Assembly (NCBI GenBank): GCA_030141605.1
Contig: JAQGDQ010000326.1
Coordinates: forward strand, 62,001-126,000
Length of the DNA: 64,000 bases
Origin: Tubiluchus corallicola
Lineage: Eukaryota; Animalia; Priapulida
Direction of reading: 5' to 3'
Below are positions 37,701-48,400 of this stretch, piece after piece. The notes beneath the pieces were generated by a model that saw only the letters and a list, made by a program, of their open reading frames with translations, made no database searches and was not told the DNA's origin. Position numbers and translations under genes: made by a program. The stretch's first letter is position 1; every line of letters begins with the position of its first letter.

Positions 37701-39117
37701 ACATATCATGGCAAAAGAAACCAAACATTGCTTCATCACCAAACATCACATTAGTACAGTACATTCCTGTACCTAAGCGAAAACAAACATTTAAACTGCT
37801 CACATAAATCAAAACTTCCTGTGAAAACAAGGCAAATTTCGTTCAACAATCTTTCGCACTAACTCACCGCTACCTGGAATCGCTTTGTTTTTCTTAGGCT
37901 TTTGGCGGTGTTCTAGTACCGGAAGGCAGAAAATCTCATCGTGCGACAGCCCTAGCCCTTTCTCTTTTCTAGTCATGCTCCTGGTTTTTCTGCGAAGCTG
38001 AGCTGCAGATTTTTCAGGTTTACCTAACAATGCCATGTCACAAATTATGACACATAAAAGTCACAGAACTTGATCCAAAAGCTAATTTAGTCCAAAATAT
38101 TTGTTTACAAATGCTTCTGGAGATCATCAGCTCTTTTATCAGATCATCTTTTATCATCAGATCATATAACTTTCAATAAACAAAATAAAAAATTTTAAGA
38201 AAATTATACAAATGAAATGAATTTTGCAAGTATGGGCGAATAGTATATATAGTGATGGGCAAATTAATCATGATTACAATGATGTATAAATTAATATAAT
38301 CGACGATTGCACAGTACTTCAATTATTCACAAGTAAAATGTACATTTTACACGCTGACTAACAGGCAGCATTTTAGCACAAATAAACGGACTCTGCAACT
38401 TTCTTCATTTTCCGCCTTTCACAATGCACTCAATTGTAAATCACAATGTCGCAAACTGGAGGCTTCAAATTTGTTGACATGAGATGTATGTAGTGATGTA
38501 AAGCAGTTAGCGAATGTGTCTATATAATGTTTGCAAGTACGTAAATAGTAGACAAAGACGAAAGCTGTGAAGAAGTTATTGGGTTATATTTCACTGCAAT
38601 CATTAAATATGGATGAAACACTAAAAATCGTTGCAAGAGATTAATCATGATATCGTAGCATGACAGCAGCAATTCACACGTGCCAAATGTCCAACGCTTA
38701 TCAATAAATGTAAATGTCATAAAAATGCAATATAAAAACACTAACTTGGCTTTTCTTCGGGTTCTTCTGGTTCACTCACAAGATCAATAACATCGATCAC
38801 ATTTTTAACGATGGGACCGTCCTAAAACAAAATGTGTTTACTTATTGATTTTAGGCATATGCAGATATTTATTGACCATTTCCATTTGCAATAGTAGCAA
38901 AAAGACTAAATTTTCACCTGTAAGAATTACAAAATATTTGCATGTGCAAAAAAATGGTATAAAAAATTTCCAAGAGTTGCAAATACACTTAATTTTCCAC
39001 ATAAAATGTTTAAAAGCCATTACGTACATATAAAACATTGAGACTTTGATCCATAGCAGAAGTATTTGTCTGGTCCTGAACGGACATGTTCGAAAAACTC
39101 TCGTTTATTTCATCCAT
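29465..39117 (-). CDS. ZNF451/ZATT-like protein: N-terminal tandem SIM-like module, S/T-rich low-complexity linker, C-terminal ZNF451-type PIN-like domain, no C2H2 fingers seen
   Basis: Exons in transcript order, GT-AG with consistent phases: 39028-39117, 38746-38821, 37868-38023, 36074-36821, 35475-35538, 35317-35360, 34511-34562, 34063-34097, 33598-33664, 32817-32954, 31604-31725, 30597-30696, 29465-29659 (ends in TAG). About 630 aa. C-terminus reads IFVDLDN...FVYGFHGG...LHERCSFRKDAADFAICTAAGALNVKLPSKIPFIIVSGDQGFLEV...VLNPH. N-terminus reads LNVLYDGPIVKNVIDVIDLVSEPEEPEE. Confidence 0.82.
32045..32666. mobile_element. hAT-like MITE in an intron of the ZNF451-like gene
   Basis: Ends TGGGGGTATACTGGATC ... 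GATCTGGTGCACCCCTA (degenerate TIRs). Subterminal CCGGAT/ATCCGA motifs. 8-bp flanking duplication AATACATT / AATATATT with 1 mismatch. Confidence 0.7.
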
Positions 39118-42100
39118 TGTTATTAGAAGTGATCTGTTAGAGAAGTTCAGGCACGAAATTCGATAGTTTTTTCAGAATTGCAATCCTGAAAATTAATTGC
39201 ATTATTAGTTCAGCTTAAATATTATTAAATCAAAAAATACAGAGGCTGGCAATTATTATCTTTACCTGCTTATGCACTGCTAGTACAGAAACCTTAAATA
39301 TAGAATTAAAATGTTATAAAGAAAACCAAGAGTTTCTTTCCGCGCATTGTTTATAGGTATAACTTTATGCTCGGGTTTAGAGAAATAAAAACCATGAATA
39401 TTTTTAAATACAAATACTTGTGTTTTTTTAATAAAATGAATTCTGCCAATTTGTCAAAATTAATGTACTATTTCATATTTGTCCGTCATTAATCCTCTAC
39501 CATGGAGAAAGCATGTCTCCTTGTAGTGTGAACCAGTCTTCTTATTACTGATGGCTGTAACACTTTCCTGACTACCTATCATATTTATGTACAAAACTAA
39601 TACAAAATACAATACTAAAGTAAACATATACAATACAAATATTCAGAGCTCTGTCTATAACTGGCTATGTTACATATGTTACAAAGGTGACAAGCAAACA
39701 GTCTCAGCCCCCGTTCAAAATTAGTTCAAGATCGCTTTAAAGCACGTGAGATGCTTCTAGAGAGGCATCGTTAAATGGCACATTGTAGTTGAGTAGCACC
39801 ATCAGAAAAGATACTTAACAAGCTTAGATGATATGGTCTAACAGGTTACCAATTAACAGCAGAAACAAAGAAAGACCTTTGAGAAGCACTAGCACTAATT
39901 TCAAATAAGCAGGAAGATCGGCCTTGACAAACGACCTGCAATTGTTAAGATGTGATGATATAATAGTCAGAGCATTGACGCAGGTATATGCTATATTAAA
40001 GTTTATAAAGTAGGTCTCACTGTCAGACTTTTGTTAACAACCTTGGAGATGCCAAGTTCTATTAACCTAGCTTAGAGTATTAATATGTTCAGTAATTAGA
40101 GCCAACAACAACTCTAATAACAATAATAATACCTATTACATAATAAGATAGAACATCAACTGTGGAACGAAGCTTGATTAATTTACTGATTAAATGTTTT
40201 ACATTTCTATGTGGGTTTAATTACGTAAACTAAGTAATTATTACTAATATCATCATCATCATCATCATAATCAATCATTATTACCATTACAAAACTGATA
40301 AATAAACATGCTTATGTTCCTAATAAATGAGGTAAGTTTTGTATGATAATCAAATACTTATTTACGAAGCCTCTGTGTTAATAATGGTCAGTTTAATCTA
40401 TCTTTCAAACTCTTCTCACCTCATTTTAAATGTTATAAATGCTCCAAGACAACTTTCTGTGACTTGCACATTGTCTGGTGCAGCAGGTCGGTTGTTCTTA
40501 TTAAATTTTAGTAGAGGCATAAGTTGGAAGCAAGATAAAAATTACACAATAAGTTAATTTAGAATAATGGAGGTGGCTGGAAAATAATTGTTAAGCTTGT
40601 GAGTGAATGTTATAATATTTTTATTTTGCTACTTAGTCTGTTAGTAAATATCAATTGACGTCAAGCATATTTGTCTATCACTCCGCCCCGCTGCAATGTA
40701 AACAAGCTCAGCAGCATTTGTGACAACAGCTCACGCAGGACAACAACTGTCTAAGCCAAACAAACTAAACTAAACAACATGACAGTCACAACAAAGGTCT
40801 AATCAGCAGATAAACTAATTGCTCTTTTTCATAAACACAAATTTGCAGAGCAGCAGCTATTTTAACACGAAATTAACACTTCAAGTAGCCAAAAATGACT
40901 TCAATTTAAACAGAATGTAGAGACGAAGTTTCAAAGCACTACAAAATACAGAGACATAAATATAACAAAGAAACTGAGCCAGTTAGCCTTGCTTTACAAT
41001 AAATGAGTAACAAACATATTAAGTCTTTCTTGCCTTTAAACATACGAACATCAAGCCTGCGATTTATTTTTCTATATTAATTGATCATGTGCTCATCTGC
41101 AAGATTTATTAAGGTTATGTATTTTTCCGTTTGTCAGGCTACGGAAATGGAATCAATTTGACTGTTCCATTGCATAGACGATCCCCTTATATTGAATACC
41201 CAAGTCACATAAATCCCAATAGTATCTTTTAATCTTGATTATAACATTACTGATGTATAATATAAGTTTTGACCACATTAGAATTAATTTTGACTGTGAA
41301 AATCTCATTGATGTTTATAAAAACTGGCCAGAAAAGAAAAGATTTTGCTTTGTCCTTATTTAAAGTTAATCAAATAGTTGTTTTTATCTAACTTGCAAAG
41401 CCATAAACTAAACTAAACTGCATATTTTCTTGATTGCAAAATGGTTTAATCAGCAACTCATAGACGTAAGCGTTGTGCATTTTTTCCTATAAACAAAACT
41501 AGACTGTATATTTCCACTAATTTACTTGCAATTTCAATTGACAATAATAAAATCTAGAACAAGGCCAATATTTCTCCAGCTAACTATCGAAAAACTAAGC
41601 ATTTTTCATAATAGTGTTAGACAGAGCTGTAGCTAAATGTCCCGAACGTACCTGCTGCATGGGTGTGTGAAATAACTTGCACACTGATTGGGCAGCTAAC
41701 AAATAGGATTGACATTATGTTAGACGTCAATTAATCCTTTGCTGAAACGTAACAGTAGCCTAACTCAATAGACTAACGTGCTTGTTCAGCCAATCCACCA
41801 CGTCAATCGCTCCTCTAGAACTGATAGGGACCTGGTTTGTGTGAAGACTAATAGTAATGCAGACAAATCTGTGAATACTTTTGTATTTAACATTTATATT
41901 CAGAAAATACGTACTTGAAAATATGTTCCTATTAAAGTGACATTAACCATAATGGCATTTCACACTTCATTTCAGACTTACTAATTTCAGTAACATCATT
42001 ACTCATAGTACTAAAAAAAGTCAGGCCTAGAACTTTTAAATACTGCTCACAAAACACAAACATATCTCATCGTCATCACAGATCATTTGCACACTTTTAC

Positions 42101-42715
42101 ATTGTAAAACATGGCAAGCTCCAACCGTTGATGACCACGCACTCGTAGCTGCCGCCTACCGCCAACGATGCACCATCCCTCATAACCACAGTTATGTTTG
42201 TATACTTTTTTGTAGTATACCTATAAACGTTAGTTTGACAACTTCTCGTTAGCTTAACGTAATGCTAGCCTATAGAAAAAGGAGAGTCTTGCGGTAAAAT
42301 TCATACTTCATAGGAGATTCTTGAGGTAGTCTTAGTGCATGCCCAATCTGTTGCAACTTCTTACTTAGATTTGTTTACTCCAAGGGTTCTTCATCACAAC
42401 ATCATACAGAGCACCATTGGTTATTTAATTACCACATTAATAAACGAACTAGCAAAGGCCCCGCAAAAGATTTTGCGTATAAATAATATAAATTTGCGTG
42501 TAATCAACAATACGCGAACATCCTACCTAGTCCTCATTTATAACACAAAGCCCGTAACATCTAGCCTACTGTTTGTTTAACTAACGCAAAGCCTGTAGCT
42601 TTTACAATGAATTAAAGTTATAAGATTATAGACAGAGTACAATGGATTACGTCACAACAATGGCATTGCGTCAGGACAGTTTTCTAAGCGAAAATTGCCG
42701 AAAATAGAACATCTA

Positions 42716-43151
42716 ATTAACTCGCCAGTACTCCTCTCAGTGGACCTGCCCTAACATATAGCCAACATCATCGTGTAGCCCCGTTCTTCCTTTTTCGAAA
42801 AAATCGCGAGTTGCGTCCGGGAAAATGCCCGTTACTGGACGTCGTGGCCCTCTCGCGAATTCTAAATAGGCCTATGACACCCATCGCTGAACGGGCTATC
42901 TATCCATAGCCAGCACCACCCTCGGCCCATTCCCGTTCTCTACATCTCAGCCGTATAACTTTTGCAAAAAACAGCCGAAAAATGCCCATTTTTGGAGGTT
43001 TTTCGCCCCCCGTTCCTCCCGGTGGGCCCGATTCGAAAAATAAACCCCCAATGAGACGACACTAGATCGAGACCTTTCGTTTGATATATAGATCGCCGCA
43101 AATGGTGCCCTCGTCCGGGCTGTAGCCTCGAATCTTATATATATATTAAGA
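42716..43151 (-). mobile_element. Possible non-autonomous Helitron-like element (CpG-rich)
   Basis: Abrupt GC/CpG-rich block. On the minus strand it begins TCTTAATATATATATAAG, like a Helitron 5' TC end. No clear CTRR 3' end was found. Confidence 0.35.
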
Positions 43152-43230
43152 TACCAAGAATATTAATATAAGAGAAGAATGATCATAAACGCATTCACCA
43201 GTCACGACTTGACAAAACCCGCTTCCAGGG

Positions 43231-44174
43231 TGTTGGGAGCCGTTTGGACCACTGCGCCAAGTAGACCACTTGATGCGCTAAAAGTAGTGTCCTACATGGG
43301 CAGCCCAAGTAGGACACTAGCGATTTTTGTCGAGAAACTTGCTCTGGCAAAACTTGTTTCCAGTTTATATTACCATTGTTTATAAGTATTGTTATGACAT
43401 AATAAAGCATAAAACAAAATTTCTTTTAGAAATGGATATTCCTTGGCAATTTACAAATGCATTTCTTACAATAATTTCATCATTATGATTAACTCCATTA
43501 ATATATCATAACATTAAACCTAGTATCTAATGCTTTAAAGAGAGAAATTCTGCACACAGTTATTACAGAAATAATTGCAAATTTAAAAATGAGACAGATG
43601 CTGCTAAGCCTTCACAACACCAAAAAGTAATTTTTAACATTTAAGAAAAGCAAGGATAATTAGTTTTAATATTATCAGTAGTATTGTAACATGTAGGGCA
43701 CTGTCCTACATGGCTCGCTAGCCCATGTAGGACACATAGATCGCTAGAACGTTTACTTATAAGAAAACAATTATTTGCCCAAGAGGTAGTGAAACGGATC
43801 ACCTGTTTGTGAAGTGAGACAAAATCAAAAATGATATACCTTAAACAAATGTTGAATTCGCAAAAAAGTGGGGTTTTTTCACTTCAACAACATTAATATC
43901 GAAACCAAATTTAATATTGTCCGTTCTACCAGCTCAGAATAAAATTCTTTTATTTTATTAGATGTATAATAAATTATTCAACGTGTATTAACGTTTTTAA
44001 TTATTATTATTACATAAACAAGCACAACGGACGGTGTCAGTACACTTAACGACTGAATTCACGACCTGTCTCTAGTGTCCTACTTGGGCAGCCCAAGTAG
44101 ACCGCGGTCTACTTGGGCTAGCCCAAGTAGACCAATTGGTCTACTTGGCGCAGTGGTCCAAACGGCTCCCAACA
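43231..44174. mobile_element. Non-autonomous DNA transposon with TGT...ACA termini (Ginger-like), 944 bp
   Basis: Perfect 38-bp TIR TGTTGGGAGCCGTTTGGACCACTGCGCCAAGTAGACCA, flanked by direct repeat CAGGG (43226-43230 and 44175-44179). Internal palindromes of the type GTGTCCTAC(A/T)TGGGCAGCCCAAGTAG. Confidence 0.85.
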
Positions 44175-45429
44175 CAGGGGTCAATAAAGAGCAACTTTTG
44201 TATAATTGTTCGATTTCAATTTAGCAGCGTTTTTTTACCACGCACAGTCACATAGTTAACGTTTCTGGAGGAGTGATTCGTTCAACTGACATTTTATTGC
44301 TGTGGAAAAAATAGAAAAATATTATTACATAATGAGTAATTAATAATCAGTTAGGAGTTTGTGTTTTTGTTATACAACTCTATTTTTTGATGATTGTATA
44401 ATGCACACTGTGTTTGTTATTTGTGTGTTTTTTGTTTTAATTACCAGCTTCAGGTTACAACCAACTTGAATCACACCTGTATTCAATAATAATAACTGTG
44501 TCTGTTGACAACTGGCTACTGGATAGTAGGGGCGAGCGTTGAACGTTCGAGTTTCTTCTGTGTAGAAAGTGGTATTAGTCATCTTAAAGTTATTTTGCAT
44601 AAGTGTACATGTAATCTTAGATTCCATGTTTTAAACCCTTCTACTCTAATTACACAGTTTCTTAAAACATGTGTAATTTAATATATATATATATATAGTG
44701 ATGTTATTATATGATCTAAAATTTTTGCTCGAAATTTTAATGTATGTCATCCTATGTAAATATTTTAGCTATTTTTTCTTTTCTTAAGGCTATATGTCTA
44801 TGAGCTGAATAAAGAATAAATAAAACAATAAAAAGATAAATAAATAATCCAGCAAAGAAACTAAACACTGCTATTATGCCAATATGTGGCTTGTCAGCAC
44901 CACATCCGTTCTTCACCTATGGTCAAGGACTCCATGCATAGTAAGCACCTACTAGCTGCTGCTGCCAGACTTCAAGACTTTAAATCTTTTCATTTTTCTG
45001 GACTACAACAATTTTTCATTTTTCAAGAAAGCGTCATCCACGTTTGCAATTCTTTGGTCAGTTTAGGTTTTTAGTCAAATTCTCTGTATAACAGAACTGA
45101 AAATAAAAACTTGTTTTCTTGCTACATGCTTCATGCTGGTTGAAAGACAAACCATTCTTTGTAAGGGAATGTGCAACGATTGTAATGGTTCTGTCCATTA
45201 CAAAGTTATTGCACAGTGGTCATGGTATAGGCACGTAATGGCGTACCAGAAAATGATAAAAAGTACTTGTTGTGTGTGTTGATGAACTGTCAATGCTGAT
45301 TCCTATAGTAGAGAATGCTGACCCCTATTTAAATATTTATAATGGTACGCTGGGGTTGTGATGCACGTACTAGGAATCACAAGCTTCTATGAACTGGTAT
45401 TAGTTTTAAGGAGTTTCTATATTGCTATC

Positions 45430-48400
45430 ATGTCGTTCACCATGAGTTTAGGGGGTGTTTTTACCTTTTTCTGTTTATTTTTGTCTTTTATGTTTGTTGA
45501 GGCGCAGTATGAACCAACGTGGGATTCTTTGGACAAGAGACCACTGCCAAATTGGTTTGATGATTCTAAAATTGGCATTTTTATCCACTGGGGCGTCTTT
45601 TCTGTACCAAGTTTTGGTAGTGAATGGTTTTGGTGGTCCTGGCAAGGAGCAAAAAATAAAAAATACATGGAATTTATGGAAGAAAACTATCGGCCTGGAT
45701 TCTCTTATCCCGACTTTGCTGCGCAGTTTACTGCCGAACTTTTCGATCCTGATCAATGGGCTGATATCTTCAAAGCATCTGGTGCAAAGTAAGAAATTTG
45801 TATTGAAAGTCGTAGTTCTGTCTATTGAAAAAGAAGAATAATTTTCAGATAATTTTAATTAAATTGTTATTGTTTTTGGTGACTTTGGCATATGCATTGT
45901 TGTTGGCATCCTTCTGTCTCTCTTCCTCCCTGCTGTAGTCCAAAGGAAAGTGGCGATACGTTTGGCACCAGGTTGGCTGCAGGAGCTGCCAGAGTCAGTG
46001 AGCATGCTGCACTGGTTCCGCCTTCGGGGCTCCACTCCTGATTTGGAAGGTTTAGTTCTCTAAACGTGGTCATTGGGTCACATGACCTCCTCCGCCCTCT
46101 AGCCGTTAGCTGCATGTGCAGCTCCTCCGCCTAGTGTCGAGATACGGTGTGGGCATCCCGCAAGCCTACAGCACCTGGTGTTCCTAGGCGGTCACCCATC
46201 CAAGTACTAACCAGGTTCTACATTGCTCAACTTCGGTGATCAGACGAGAACCGGTGTTTTCAACGTGATATGGCCGTGGCATATACATATTATAATTAAA
46301 AATTAGTTAACATTTCATTATAAAATAATCACTCTTCCACTACGTACTAATGTAGTAAGATTTGACAGGACTGCCAAGCATTTAACTCTGCGCTTTTCTC
46401 CGGAATCCACAATCAATGATTATCAGTATCAGTACCTTTAAACGTTCAACTTATTCGTGTTTCTTTTCGCCATCTCCAAAAAAATATGCTGTCGGTTTCC
46501 AAGAACTTCTGAATTGAACAATTTTGATACTTGAACTTTCCATCCTAAGAGCTCCGTGTTAGGAATTTTGTTATTACTGCAGCCATAATTCAGGCCACAT
46601 CACTAGCCAGTTTAGCGTCTATATAAACAAGTGAGTCTGAATACCAATGAATTTGCACATTTTGTACTGTAGATATCGTTTCACAATCTGTACCTAACTA
46701 TATATATATATAGAGGTTTGCCCAGTCAAGAACTTACAAAATCCAAACCAATGGGAGACTGAAATATTTTGAATCCCATTCGTGAATGCTGGCTTTTGAT
46801 TGGCTGAGCACTTGGCTGAATATAACAAGACCAAATGAGATAGGCTGTACATCAGAGTTCTAATGGTGACCAGGTCGTGTTAGGTTTTGCGTTGGCACCT
46901 TTTGCCTCTTATATTCTTTGCCTTGTACATTGAAACTCTTTAGCAAGCTGATAGGCTGCTATCTTCTTTTCTTCATTCTAGTTTTTAGTTTTGTTTTCCA
47001 GATATTCATTCTGATATCAATTTTCATTATTTAATGATTTTTATAGTAAACAAACATTTAATTCAAGTGACTGTGAAGCTATTTATAAGGGCACCTTAGA
47101 TGAGAGGGAGAAACTGAATCGGTGCGTAAAGAGTCAGAATGGCTGCCTGCACACCCTCTCTATCACAGTGCAGTATTAAATAAATGCAGATTACTCTTTT
47201 ATGACATTAACATAATGTGCATATGCTAATGATTTGACACTGTTTATTTCTTTGACTTCTGCAAAACCACAAAGTCATTAAAGCCTCTAGTATTATTACT
47301 TTCACTAATGCAGTTATAATTATTCAGACATTTGGATTCTAATCCGAAGAGGTTTTGAGAATCTTTCATTAGCTTTAGATAGAACACTAGTAGAAATTGT
47401 CTAGTGGTAGTGTGTGAGGTGATAGTAGCCATTCGCCAGCATGTATGGTACAGGGTAGTCTGCTTGATTAGACACATAAATCATATAACTGTCTGGGAAA
47501 ATTCACTGAGCTGTGACTGGGGCCAAATAAGCCAAATTTAAAATGTTGGTTATAGATGACAGTGATTAAAATGAAAATTCCTAAATTGTTTTTATTTTCT
47601 CAGGCCTAGTTCTTTCAACATCACAGATACTTGTGCCTTGTTTGCAAAATAAAATTGTGACATTTCACTGCATTGAAAAGGACAGAATCTAGACAAAAAT
47701 ATAAGCAATGATGTCTGGCTTCGGTTAGTCATGGAATTAAATACACGAAGATCATGTTTTAAAGCTGCACGAGTGAACTTTTAGGAGTTTCTGTAGAATC
47801 TTTGGAAACAATTATTTTACTTGCACTTTAACCAGCATACATGTAGATGACATCTTGACTTAGCAAACAGTACATACAGTAGCCAAACATTGGTAAAAGG
47901 CTTAATCTGTTAAAACTTTAAAACTTCATAACTAAATTTGCATTTGAAGTAAATGGCCTTATTTGCCTATTTTCAAGTCAAAATTATGTTATTTCACTGT
48001 GAATTCTGCTCAATCAGCCAATAGCGAGACAATAGGTTGCACTTCACTTGTAAAACTTTGAGTCTTTCATGCAAAAAGATTGAATGGAACATGTGTATCC
48101 CAATCACTTGAGACTCAGAGATCAAATAAAGGTACCTGAAAATTTGTGTAAAGTGTTGATGCGAGTAAGTTCTTTAAACTGAATTTTAAGATTTTGTTTC
48201 AAAAATGAGTAGTTTGTTTAAAATTTATTTCATACTGTCATGATACAATTTACTAGCTAAAATAAATAAATGAATATCAAATATTAACACGTTGCATATT
48301 ATATATCTACATATTTTCTGGCATTGATTTTGTTTATTTGTCATATTTTAGGTATGTCGTTCTTACCAGCAAACATCACGAAGGTTTTACAAATTGGCCC

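Noticed and set aside
43280-44160. Repeated palindromic units resembling CRISPR repeats
   Set aside because: No regular repeat-spacer period, no cas genes and a eukaryotic context. These are transposon subterminal repeats.
46162-46280. Functional stand-alone 5S rRNA gene
   Set aside because: Single intronic copy with substitutions and no oligo-T terminator, continuing into a SINE-like body with a TSD.
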